In this document: positions 13,416-26,587 of the stretch, one piece after another | Numbering within the stretch: the stretch's first letter is position 1 | Layout: the number at the start of each line of letters is the position of its first letter | NCBI RefSeq assembly: GCF_006345805.1 | Contig: NW_021834018.1 | Coordinates: forward strand, 1-64,000 | Source: Octopus sinensis | Taxonomy: Eukaryota | Reading direction: 5' to 3' | DNA length: 64,000 nucleotides | Program-made: the position numbers and the translations under genes | The notes under the pieces: model-generated | What the model was told of the DNA's origin: nothing | Database searches by the model: none | The model's input: the letters and a program-made list of their open reading frames with translations, nothing else

Positions 13416-13804
13416 GAAATTATCCTGGTGTTATGAATCATATACTCTCGTTTCAAGTTCAGAATAACTTGTGTAGGACGATTATATAAACGTTTCCTTA
13501 TATCGTAAGAGCAGTTGGTAGATAGCAATAACAACACGAAAATGTTTTAACATTTTTCTGTGCCCAGGTCAACTCATGCACTAAAAATGCGGATGAAACA
13601 ATAGCATTTGACATCGGTTAGTGAGCCAAATGTCAGTACAAACAAGTAGTAGTAGTAGTAGCAGTGGTGGTGGTGGTTGCAGTAGTAGAAGTAGTAAGTT
13701 AAACAGATAACGTAATGATATCGAAAATGTCTTTTAATTTTTTGTGTAACATGAGAGTGCAATATGATGTATATCGAAAGGAATGTAAATACATACGTAC
13801 ATAC

Positions 13805-13888
<84 letters not shown>

Positions 13889-14125
13889 ATATGTATATAT
13901 GTATGTATATATGTGTATATAACTTATATATTTATTTGTATATGTGTGTATGATCATATATACATACATGCATATATAAATATACGTATATTTTAACATT
14001 CCAATTATATATACATATATAAGTACATAAAACAACCACCCACCGCACGTATATAGATGAATTATGTATGCTTGCATGTATGTATGTATGTATGTATGTA
14101 TGTATGTATGTATGTATGTATGTAT

Positions 14126-14510
14126 GTGGAGGCGCAATGGCCCAGTGGTTAGGGCAGCGGACTCGCGGTCATAGGATCGCGGTTTCGATTCCCAGACCGG
14201 GCGTTGTGAGTGTTTATTGAGCGAAAACACCTAAAAGCTCCACGAGGCTCCGGCAGGGGATGGTGGTGATCCCTGCTTTACTCTTTCACCACAACTTTCT
14301 CTCACTCTTACTTCCTGTTTCTGGTGTACCTGTATTTCAAGGGGTCGGCCTTGTCACTCTCTGTGTCACGCTGAATATCCCCGAGAACTGCGTTAAGGGT
14401 ACACGTGTCTGTGGAGTGCTCAGCCACTTACACGTTAATTTCACGAGCAGGCTGTTCCGTTGATTCGGATCAACCGGAACCCTCATCGTCGTAACCGACG
14501 GAGTGCTTCC
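14126..14510 (+). mobile_element. tRNA-SINE family C with tail T1, full length
   Basis: tRNA-like head gaggcgcaatggcccagtggttagggcagcggactcgcgg...gtttcgattccc; tail gtggagtgctcagccac...cgacggagtgc; sits inside (TATG)n. Confidence 0.9.
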
Positions 14511-15239
14511 ATCCATCCATCCATCCATCCATGTATGTATGTATGTATGTATGTATTGTGGCACGTTAAAGAAGAAATCCGGGATGCTTAGGTGTTAGCC
14601 AGCAGTTTCGATCCCATTTACGAAAGAATAAAGCATGTTTTGAGCATCAGTTGACAACCGGTGTTGGAGTGTTTACGTTCCCGTAATTACCGATGCAATA
14701 AGTACTAGGCTTACAAAGATTTAGTCCTGGGTTCGATTTGTTCGACAAAAGGTGTTGCTCCAGCATGGCTTCAGTCAAATGATTGGAACAAGTAAAAGAA
14801 TAAAAGAATATATATATATAAATATGGTTACAGTCCCAAGAAACGCACTGCCATCTTCATTCATTCCTGAGTGTCAATTTCTGCCGTGATCGACTTTGCC
14901 TTTAATCCTTTCGAGATCAATAAATTAAGTACCAATTGCATACTGGAGTCGATCTAATCGACTGGCCCCCTCCCCCCCAAATTTAGCGCCTTGTGCCTAG
15001 AGTAGGAAAGAATATTACCGTCTATTGAGACCGGCAAAATCTTTAGCACTCCATGCAAAATACTTAGTAGAATTACATCTGTCTGTAGGTTCTGAGCTCA
15101 AATTCAACCAAGCTTCACTTTGCATTTCATCCATTTCCGGAAAAAATAGGAATCAATTGAATACTGGCGTTGATCTAATCGGCTTAACCCTCCCCCGCAT
15201 TTGCTGGCCTTATGCAAAAATTAAAAAAAAATATTAGTG

Positions 15240-15440
15240 AGAGCGGCGAGTTGGCACAATCGTTACTGCACCGGATAAAATGCTGATCGGTATTTCGCCC
15301 GTCTTTACGTTCTGAATTCAAATTTCGCTAAGGCTGGCGTCGCCTTTCATTATTTCAAGGTTGATAAATTAAGTACCAGTTGAGGTACTGGAGTCGATTT
15401 AATCATCTTCCCACCTACCCTACATTACTGGCTTTGTGCC
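15240..15440 (+). mobile_element. tRNA-SINE family B, degenerate (other fragments at about 14880-15210)
   Basis: gcggcgagttggca...gttctgaattcaaatt...gataaattaagtaccagtt matches family B. Confidence 0.7.
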
Positions 15441-15856
15441 AAAATTTGAAACGATCTTTACTGTCTACTATGAAACGTCAACGCATTTCGTCGTACTTCA
15501 TAAATGTTCGTAATATTCTATGTAACATCTGGAAGACCCATCTAGTTTGCTCCAAGTTCACATTGTCAAATTCAGGAGATTCCATTTGTATGGTGGTTTA
15601 CGATAAAGATGACAGTAACTAAAACTAAATCATACAGTCTTCCTGATACAGGAAAACTGGGTCGCATGAAGAAACAGCACAGACTCAAGATTATCCTCAA
15701 CCCTAAATACACAAGCTCTTGTTCAGCTGCCGTTCTCCGATGTACAATCACATGCTTAGAGCAGGTCCATTCAAACAAACCAGTTTTACATGCCAAACAC
15801 AGTCACACAAATTTCCTGGGAGGTGAATTTGTGTGACAGATTGTTGGATCTCCAGT

Positions 15857-15944
15857 TCATTTTCCTTTCCAATTGGTACTTAAAAAGTCCATGACGGCTT
15901 CACTGAAGAGTAAAGTGTCCACCACACACTCTTTTTCGCCATAG
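15857..15944 (-). CDS. Terminal coding exon of an uncharacterised minus-strand gene
   Basis: Acceptor ttttctctttcttgtag; phase-2 start, YGEKECVVDTLLFSEAVMDFLSTNWKGK*; phase matches the exon at 18040-18240. Confidence 0.7.
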
Positions 15945-16073
15945 CTACAAGAAAGAGAAAAATCGCTTATACAGCCGTGTTAAAGGTGAGCGGTGGGGTT
16001 AATCTGACGATGTCATTGGCCGATAGTTGGATTCTTCCTACGTGTGACAAAAGTTGTTCGACACAAATCCACA

Positions 16074-16452
16074 GGCGCAGGAGTGGCTGTGAGGTAAGTA
16101 GCTTGCTTACCAACCACATGGTTCCGGGTTCATTCCAACTGCGTGGAACCTTGGGCAAGTGTCTTCTACTATAGCCTCGGGCCGACCAAAGCCTTGTCAG
16201 TGGATTTGGTAGACGGAAACTGAAAGAATCCCGTCGTATATATATATATGTATGTGTGTGTGTGTGTGTATATGTTTGTGTGTCTGTGTCTTTCCCCCCC
16301 CCCCCCACCAACATCGCTTGACAACCGATGGTGGTGTGTTTACATCACCGTAACATAGCGGTTCGGCAAAAGAGACTGATAGAATAAGTACTAGGCTTAC
16401 AAAGAATAAGACCTGGAGTCGATTTGCTCGACTAAAGGCGGTGCTCTAGCAT
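16074..16452 (+). mobile_element. SINE family A
   Basis: Near-full-length match. Confidence 0.85.
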
Positions 16453-16849
16453 TGCTGGGCCAGTTATTTCTGGAAGTTAGCCATGATAGTTCTCAGCCCG
16501 AAAATCCTTCTAAATTTTTCGTCATCACCAACGACAAGATTTTCCTCGAGATTTTCTATATTTTGCTAATGTAGAACTTTCATCGACCTCATTGCCCCGT
16601 TGGTAAAGGGTGGCGAACATTTGACGGCATTTCAGTTGCCAGGTGCGGAATTTTGTCTTTCAGCCATAGGAAGAAATTTTTGACAAAATGGCTAGTCTAT
16701 TGCACCGACCCAAGCGCTCAACTAGTACATATTGCATCGACTTCCAAAGGACGAAATGGAGTGTTGACACCAGTGAAATTTGAACTCAGAACATAAGAGC
16801 AATAAACGGAAAAGAGGATGTACGGGCAATGTTACAGAGATACAGAAAC

Positions 16850-17220
16850 CGAAATCGATTTGGAGAGGAGGTGGCTAGGGATGCGGAAAAGTGATATTAA
16901 ACGAGAAAAAGAAGCTTCAAATTGTGGAGCAATGGAGCAATTCCTGAGGACAAATTATGTCAAGCGCGAGATTAACAACTCAGGGGCAACGGAAAAGTAC
17001 AGCATGGGGGAGAAAGGGGAGAAACTGGAGTATGTCACCAGCGAGTGCTCAAAGCTCACACAATCAGAATAAAAGCCAGATCATGATAACGAAGTGATAA
17101 TCGCTAATTAGGTGCTATGGGGGTTAAACCGTTTTGTAAAATATGAAGTTAGTGGTATAAGCACTAACCCAGAGAGAGTCGCTGAAAATGACCTAAAAAG
17201 ATTCTATGGGAGTTTGTGGT
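16850..17220 (+). mobile_element. R4/Dong-type LINE fragment (decayed zinc knuckle and start of RLE)
   Basis: RKSDIKRE...EQFLRTNYVKREIN..TEKYSMGEKGEKLEYVTSECSKLTQSE*..HD...PERVAEND. Confidence 0.75.
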
Positions 17221-17249
17221 ACTTACCACACAGCCACTCCTGCGCCTGC

Positions 17250-17450
17250 AAAATTGATGAAAGGCAAAGTCAACCTCGGCGGAATTTGAACACAGAAAGT
17301 AAAGACATACGGAATACCTATTTCTTAACTACCCGCAAGAGGCTAAACACAGATAGAACAAACAAGGACAGACAAACGGATTAAGTCGATTATATCAACC
17401 CCAGTGCGTAACTGGTTCTTAATTTATCGACCCCGAAAGGATGAAAGCTT
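17250..17450 (-). mobile_element. SINE family B fragment fused to a family A head fragment
   Basis: Matches the family B body and tail; adjacent cttaccacacagccactcctgcgcc is the family A head. Confidence 0.7.
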
Positions 17451-17679
17451 TCTAATGGATGAAGGCGTTCTAAAGTTTCTGCCATCTCGCTAAGCATTTC
17501 ACTCGGAATGCTAAAGTTTCTGCTGGCTCGCCGCCTTTATTTATGTATAATATATACATATACATATGCATAAATATATATATACGTATATGTTCATTTA
17601 TATATGCATGTATATATATATGTATATATCATATATATATATACATACTTACATATACATATATATTATATATATATAT

Positions 17680-17774
<95 letters not shown>

Positions 17775-17842
17775 CATGCATAGATACTTAGAGGGATAGA
17801 TATAGATATACATATCCACTTAGATATATATACATATATATA

Positions 17843-17882
<40 letters not shown>

Positions 17883-18039
17883 TATATATATGAATATATC
17901 TATGTATATCCACGCGCATATATATGTATTTATACATATGCGTGTGTGTGTATTTGCATGTGTTTGCATACATGTGTTGTGTGTGTGTGTGTGTTGTGTG
18001 TATGTGTGTATGTGTGTGTGTGCATGTGTGTCTACGTAC

Positions 18040-18240
18040 TTATAGAAGTCTATTAAGCTCTCATGTTTGAGATATAACTGTTGTTTCGATAAAGAAAAAG
18101 AGAAGCAAATGCTGTCAGGCTCTTCGGATACTCTGTTAATTACAGCCCTTATTTGATAATTATCTTCACTGTCGGCTGATACCCTGACCTCACCATCTAC
18201 GGGTGGTGTTGATGGTACACATTGGGTAGATTTACATAAT
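18040..18240 (-). CDS. Internal coding exon of the uncharacterised minus-strand gene
   Basis: Acceptor cattcttctcag, donor GTACGT, 201 nt, phase 2 to 2, LCKSTQCVPSTPPVDGEVRVSADSEDNYQIRAVINRVSEEPDSICFSFSLSKQQLYLKHESLIDFY(N); alternative phase-0 acceptor at 18320. Confidence 0.75.
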
Positions 18241-18483
18241 CTGAGAAGAATGTTTACATTATGGGGCGTAATGTGGCTCCTACAATTCCATTTGGATAAC
18301 CTTAGCTTGCCAGAAATCTTCTGAGTAATACAAAATATATGAGGTAAGGAGGGCAGAAATGATTGTATATCTCGCACTCTCTCTCTCTCTCTTTCTCTCC
18401 ATATATATCTTTCTCATTCCTCACACAGACATACAATCACACACCACATATATATATTTATATATATATTGTGTGTATATATA

Positions 18484-18540
<57 letters not shown>

Positions 18541-18712
18541 TTATATATGTGTGTGTGTGTATATATACAAGTGGCGGTGAACATTAACTTCATATCTATA
18601 AACATATATTTATTTACACACACATGAACACACACAAACACACATACACACATAAACACACAAATATAAAATACAGTTCTGTATCAGTTCTATATATATA
18701 TATATATATATA

Positions 18713-18748
<36 letters not shown>

Positions 18749-18766
18749 TTAATAATAGTAATAATG

Positions 18767-18839
<73 letters not shown>

Positions 18840-18927
18840 GCTTATAAGCGATCATCGTGTATTAGCTAAAGAAAATAGTATAATATTGAGGATTATAATC
18901 CCTCGTGAGAAAAAGGTGTGTTTTTGG

Positions 18928-18966
<39 letters not shown>

Positions 18967-19202
18967 AAGAAAAGAATATGAATATGGAGGAATCTTTTTA
19001 AAATATTTATTATCTTTACCGGTTTTACTTATCAAAAAAGAGCTTCAAATGTAAATTACGGGGCTTCTTTTTAACCCTCTGTTGTGTCAAATGTTAGTTT
19101 GTATAAACGTATTCAAATCAAGTGAGAGCGTCTTCGACAATGATAAGAAAATGTTCGCAGCTTTGTGAATCCTATGTAAACTATCAAAAGATAGTTTACA
19201 TA

Positions 19203-19532
19203 GGCGAAGAAGTGGCTGTGTTGTAGGTAGCTTGCTTACCAACCACATAGTTCCGGCTTCAGTTCCACTGTATGGCACCTTGTGCAAGTGTCTTCCACTA
19301 TAGCCTCGGGCCAACCAATGCCTTGTGAGTGGATTCGGTAGACGGAAACTAAAAGAAGCCCGTCGTATATATAAATATATCTATGTGTGTGTGTGTATGT
19401 GTTTGTGTGTCTGTGTTTGTCCCCCCCCCCAACATCGCTTGACAACCGATGGTGGTGTGTTTACATCCCCGTAACTTAGCGGTTCTGCAAAAATGAAACT
19501 GATAAATAAGTCCTGGGGTCGATTTGCTCGAC
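19203..19532 (+). mobile_element. SINE family A, 3'-truncated
   Basis: Match to family A. Confidence 0.8.
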
Positions 19533-19660
19533 ATGATGTTGAAATTCCAATGAAGAAGCCTCGGATCTAGGTTAGAAAGCGGCCCTTTCTCTATTTGCAA
19601 AATATATTGAAATAAAACTGAATAGGGACATATGTATATATATATATATATATATATATG

Positions 19661-19813
19661 TTGGCTGTGTGGTAAGTAGCTTGCTTACCAATCATGTAGA
19701 TCTGGGTTCAGTCCCACTGCGTGACATCTTGGACAAATATCTTCTACTATGACCTCGGGCTAACCAAAGCTTTGTGAGTGGAGTTAATTGACGGAAACTG
19801 AAAGAAGCCCGTC

Positions 19814-19850
<37 letters not shown>

Positions 19851-19897
19851 CGTGTGTGAGTGTGTGTGGTGTGTGTGTGTGTGTTAGTCCCCCCAAT
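19661..19897 (+). mobile_element. SINE family A, 5' half
   Basis: Match to the family A head and internal microsatellite. Confidence 0.8.
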
Positions 19898-20173
19898 ATG
19901 CTAAGCATCTCGCCCGACGTGCTAACGTTTCTGCCAGCTCTCCGCCTCACTAATACCTACACCTCGATTCTTGGATCTTAACTTTAACACACACACATAC
20001 ACACACACATACATGCATATACACACATCGTTTAAATTCGCTTAGGTAACGTTAGGGGTATACAAATAAAGCTCCTATTTCATTGTGCCAGTTACCGTTT
20101 AATGATACTGACTTGCGAGTCATATTTTCAGGGTTGCATCATGGTTATAACCGTTATAATTTGGGGGTAATTA

Positions 20174-20490
20174 TAATAATACCAGGATGGAATTTTAAAT
20201 ATTTAATACGTTGCTACGTACGTTTCCACAGATCAGATGATCTTTAACATCAGAGTCGGTATCCTTGGGATTATTATAGTATAGTCTGTATTATTCGTGG
20301 GCAACAACATTGATCCATTTCATCAGGCGATACTGTACAATACGGATAATACGGACTATAATACAGATAGTACAGACTATACTGTACTAATCCCAATGAC
20401 ACCGACTCTGATGTCAAAATCATCTGATCGGTGGAAACGTACGTAGCGATGTATTAGATGTTTATAAATTCCTTCTCGGTAATATTATTA
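20174..20490. mobile_element. Foldback/MITE-like inverted-repeat element
   Basis: Arms of about 120 bp (20174-20295 and 20366-20490), e.g. gctacgtacgtttccacagatcagatgat vs atcatctgatcggtggaaacgtacgtagc, with a loop of about 70 bp. Confidence 0.75.
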
Positions 20491-21027
20491 TTATTATTAT
20501 TATTATTGGTATTCCTTGAAGAAATTTGTCCGGATTATGTTTGAAGGTGCTGGGATCAGTTTCCTCTTTGATTTATATGTATGCATAATTTTTTATAGAA
20601 AGCAAATTCTAGGAATAAAGTCACTCGCCAAAGATCAAGATATATTCCTCGTAGAGAATCAATGTATTGTGATACTAAATAAGTTTACATTCGAGCTGCC
20701 CTTAACATCGCATATCAAAACATAGACACGGAATTAAGTTTAATATTCCCAGAGGTATAAAATATAATTCTGTATACAAGTTCTGATAATGCAAAGCAAC
20801 AGAAATCGAAGCTGAAATAGAAAAGTGACTGCATACATTACATACATGTGAATGTATACACACACATATTATGTATATATATATATTATATATATATAAT
20901 ATATATATATTATATATATATATATATAATATATATATATTATATATGTATGTATATGTATATATATTTGTATGTAAGTATATATATGTAAATATTGTAT
21001 CTATATAAATATATTTCTATATGCATG

Positions 21028-21067
<40 letters not shown>

Positions 21068-21426
21068 TATATGTATATATTACGTGTATTTATAAAGGCA
21101 TTTACGTGCGTGGGTTTGTGTAACCATCAATATAAATATAACCTACCTTCCCATGTATATGTGAAGGTTTAGTTGTAAGTCTCGCGCTAATAATATATCT
21201 TGCAGTGTTTTTCCGTTTCTTACAGTTGGATTCTAATTGAATCAATCAGTTCAATGAAAATCTGTGGAGAAATAAAATGAAATTAAGCGATTGATTTGAA
21301 TCCGTTTACTCCGATTATAATATTAATAGTAATAATAATAATGAATATTTTTATTATTATTATTATTATTACTATTATTATATTATTATTATTATTATAA
21401 CGTTCTTTTATACAATTTGATTAAAC

Positions 21427-21462
<36 letters not shown>

Positions 21463-21707
21463 ACACAATATATATATATACTTATAATATATATATATAT
21501 ACATATATATATATAGACAGATAGATAGATTTAGATATTATATATATATATATATATAGATAGATAGATAGAAAGATAGACAGAGAGATAGATATACCCA
21601 TGTATTATAAATAAACATGAGTATATATGTATATGATCGATAAATACATACATACAAAGATATATTTATATGTATGTATATCTATCTATCTCTTCTCTCT
21701 CTCACTC

Positions 21708-21739
<32 letters not shown>

Positions 21740-21765
21740 TCATATATATATATAAATATATATAT

Positions 21766-21843
<78 letters not shown>

Positions 21844-22727
21844 AATATATATTCATATATACATAGATACATTTATGCGTGTTTGAGCTTGGAAATTATT
21901 ACATTATATTTGTTTAGGGTTTTCACTGTTAATAATTATTGATCTGACCTCGTAGCAAACATCTATGTGTGTTATGTCTATGTTTTTACGTTTGATGGGT
22001 GGTGAGGATTGTTGCTGGTATTTTGATTGCGCAAAACCTTAAAATACCCAACATCCTCTACCATATTTATATTTATATTTGTCCCTCGTTACACTGTCAT
22101 TAACCTCTCTCTCTTTCTATCGCTGAACTAACTCTTGACTTAACAAACACTACAACATATTCTCCCTGTGTTAGGCTAAAGGTTACCCGAAATTCTTATT
22201 TGAAGTGCATCTCCAATTGTCCGTATGTTTATCGTTTATCTAATTCATTTATATATTAGCAATACAACTTTCCCTATTCTCGTTACTGCTTCTAATTCGA
22301 ACCACGCCATCATAACCGACTTCATGTTCATAAGGAATTCATACATAAACCACACGCATACACACAGCCAGAAACATACTTACAAACACACAAGATTATT
22401 CACAGACACATCTATACACAAACACACACACGCATATATTGAGACAGATACATATACAGATTGATAGGCACATATAAGTATACACATACATGCTTATATA
22501 TGTTCTTTTGCATATACGCATTAAATATATATATGTAGATATATGTGCGTGAAAGTTTGTGAATATTTTTGATGTGTATAAATAAGTATGAAATTTATTT
22601 GTTAATATACATACCTATATACATATATATATATATATATATACATGCCTATATACATATATATATATACATGCCTATATACAGATATATATATATATAT
22701 ATATACATGCCTATGTACAGACATATA

Positions 22728-22805
<78 letters not shown>

Positions 22806-23517
22806 AAGTATATATATGTATGTATAAGTATATACATATATATATGTAAGTATAAGTATATATACATACACGCACTCATAGATCTGTGTGCATATATTTA
22901 TGTGTACATATAGAGATACTTACAAATGTATGCAAAAAAGCAAACAAGCCAATATATATAATACAATATGACAATATAATAGAACAAAGTATTATGGAAG
23001 CTATTTATCTTCATTTCTAAAGCCTTTGCATAATATTATTAATAAATATCGGTATAGATTGAAAGCAGGGTATTTTTAAACTAAAACTTCATTGATTAAA
23101 CATGTCTTACTCACATTTAATTTAACGTTGCTATTATTAAATGTACACGCTCAATCGAATACAACCTCTAATTCTTAATTCTATCAACCTGGGTAATATA
23201 TAAATTGCAGTTGATGACTTGGGCTTCCATACGACCAGAAGAGAGAGAGAGAGAGAGAGAAAAAAAATCAAAACGAAGTAACTTAATTTCATTTCTCGGT
23301 TGGTGAATTTTATATTTGAGGTCTAACATGATATCAAGCATGAATAATGTAAAATAGAAATTGGTGGAGATTGATGTTAGCACGTAAAATGGAAAGAACT
23401 GGTGAAGAGCTCAGTTGAGACTATTTATATTTGTGGATCCCATTCGTTTGTTCTAATCATTTCACTTCACTTAAGTCTATATTGCCTTGGGAAAGGCATG
23501 AACATCAGAAGGATCAC

Positions 23518-23558
<41 letters not shown>

Positions 23559-23577
23559 TAATTTATATACACTCATG

Positions 23578-23634
<57 letters not shown>

Positions 23635-23830
23635 TGCATATACACTCATGTGTATATATATATATAAGTATACGCACATTCATTCATGTATGTTTTTTAT
23701 ACATATATGTTTATAATCCTGTGCATATATTCATACACACTGTACCCCCACATATATGTATGTATCTATACATATTCATGTTAGCATATGTGCTTCTCAC
23801 TCACTGAATCTCTCTTTCTTTCTCCTTCGG

Positions 23831-23876
<46 letters not shown>

Positions 23877-23887
23877 CATATATATAC

Positions 23888-23934
<47 letters not shown>

Positions 23935-24087
23935 TTATGTATGTGTCTGTGTATACATTTAAACATCTATATATATATATATATATATCTTTCAATCTAT
24001 ATATCTACAAACACACGTACACATACTCGTACATACACACGCACACATATGCACAGATATACATATATACATACACACATGTACACC

Positions 24088-24122
<35 letters not shown>

Positions 24123-24329
24123 ACACACACACATGTATATATATCGGTGTGCAATCCTACACAGCTATATCTATACATGTATACAAATATGCGTATCTAA
24201 CCAAAATCAATTTTGAACTACTCTTATACGGTATCTCCATTTATATATTTTTGTTATATCTTGCTTTCACTACAGAATCGAGTATAGCCCTCTATGTCTT
24301 TGGTACAAACAGATTTTTTTCTGTATTCT

Positions 24330-24700
24330 ATTGAAAATTATTCTATTTACTCGGTTCCATTGAAAACTAATATATATACACTGCCTAGCAGTGATATTTT
24401 CGGTATGTTTTGTACATGAATAAATTTTCCGATTGTGTTAGAATTTTTTTTACTTCTTTCCGTGTTAATCATTGGTATTGCAGCTATCATTAGAAAGATT
24501 ATTTCTGCATTCAAACAACACATTTTGGTTATCTATATTTCCATAGTTTGGTATTTCCATAGTGTATCCAGTTCTATTAACGTTACATTATCCTCTATAT
24601 TGATTGATTCATCGGCCAGGATAAATTTCCTTTCGTGTTGTTACTTAACAACAATATCTGGGTGATTCGTCTTTAATATAATGTTAGACTACATTGCTAT
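24330..24700 (-). mobile_element. Highly decayed R4/Dong-type LINE RLE fragment
   Basis: NHPDIVVK*QHERKFILADESINIEDNV...KYQTMEI*ITKM...VQNIPKISLLGSVYIL, homologous in layout to the fragments at 530-1405. Confidence 0.7.
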
Positions 24701-26352
24701 GCTTACTCATCGTATTCGGTTTATGTAGTTTCGCTCAATATTAACATATTTTGCGGCGCACAAGTCGAATTTTGGGGACCAAAACATACAGTTAAGTAGG
24801 TCAGTGGACTTATAGACGAAAAGAATGTGGAGGACTAATAATTTCATGCGTAATGACGCAGGGTGTGGAAAGATAATGGCAATGTTCAAATGTTTAGACT
24901 ACATGTTTATATTAATACTTCAACGACACGTATGCCTTCAAATGTGGTATATCAATGATTTGCCAACATACATACCGGCCTCCCTGTCGACCTACATACT
25001 TACCTACCTACCTACCTACCTACCTACCTACCTACCTACCTACCTACTAGCCTCCCTAACTACCTACCTCTGTATGTCTGTCCATCTATACCTCAGTTTC
25101 CACATCAAATTGTCAGTCAATATGTGTGTCTGTCAGCCATTTAATATATATATATATATTATAATCTGGAAAGCAAGCTTCTTACCACCACCACGTCTAT
25201 ACTTATATATAATATATATATATATATATATGATATATATATTATTCGCTTATATATATGTGGACAGGATCATAAAAAAATTCTTTATATATTTCCTATG
25301 TGATTTTTTTTTTTACACATATCTAAATAAATTATTTTCTCCTTCTCACCAGGATTTATTGTTGAAGCTCTGACGAAGCTATGTGTGTTTTGCAACTTAT
25401 AGCAGAAACTGTTATAAACGAATGGAGTTCATTATTTAATTTTCTTATTCTTTTATCATTTGTTTAGCTTCTCATATGTGTGTGCGTGTGTGTATATACA
25501 AATATACATATGTGTGTGTGCATGTGTGTATGTGTGAATGTGTGTGTGTTGGTGACATCCTGTGTATGTATATATATTATATTATTTATTATTTAATTTC
25601 CAAGTAATCTTATCTTCACCTTTTTCATGCCACTCTCTACTCTATATCTTTCTCTAATTCCCTTTCTCTATATATACACACACGCACACATATATGTTTG
25701 TATGCATGTATGTATGTATGTATGTATGTATGTATGTATGTATGTATGCAGGTATGTATGTGTGAATAACTTTCAGGACTAGTGCTGTTTCCTTCGTCAA
25801 AGAAGAAACCTCAATATATATTTATAAATGTAGGTTCTTTGTTTAGCAAATAATTGTATTTCTACTTGATATATAAATTACTTGAAGTCGGTATGTTTTT
25901 GTTTATATAAATGCTTATGTGTGTGCGCGCGCCTATGTGTATGTGTGTGCCCGTGTGTCTCCGTATGTGAATGAATATATATTTCAAACTAGTCGAGACG
26001 ATCTGCTCCGTGGTATTTTTTGAAGTCACGGTGTGTGTCGTATGGTTACCAGCCGGGATACAGCTGCCTGTTGTTCTAAACACCGTGCTGCTTCTCTTAA
26101 TCAGGATAAAGCCTTACTTTGAAAGAATAACAACATTAGACTTTTAATATGTCTGTCAAACAATTTTTATTGTATATCTTCATACATTTGTGATTCCATG
26201 AATCATTCAACAGACAAATATTAGCATAAATTTATCTTAGAAAAATGCATATAATAGAAAATTCTGATTAACGTAATAAAGATCCAAGGTACAATTTTAT
26301 ATAAATTGTCTCTCCACTGTTAAGAAAATACCAGTAATATATACGGTAATAT

Positions 26353-26587
26353 CTATTTCTGTACTACCCACAAGGGGCTAAACGCAGAGGGGACAAACAA
26401 GGACAGACAAACGGATTAAGTCGATTATATCGACCCCAGTGCGTAACTGGTACTTATTTAATCGACCCCGAAAGGATGAAAGGCAAAGTCGACCTCGGCG
26501 GAATTTGAACTCAGAATGTGAAGACAGACGAAATACCGCTAAGTATTCCGTCCGGCGTGCTAACGATTCTGCCAGCTCGCCGCCTTT
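26353..26587 (-). mobile_element. tRNA-SINE family B, full length
   Basis: Reverse complement: ggcggcgagctggcagaatcgttagcacg...gttctgagttcaaattccgccgaggtcgactttgcctttcatcctttcggggtcgat...tttagccccttgtggg. Confidence 0.9.

Noticed and set aside
14126-14200. tRNA genes at SINE heads (families A, B, C and 50862-50930)
   Set aside because: They have A/B boxes but no complete cloverleaf, and they run directly into SINE bodies.
18200-18345. Plus-strand GTHWV motif (Polinton protease-like) and GAG|GTAAGG donor
   Set aside because: The frame is short and closed by stops; the opposite strand holds the better-supported exon.
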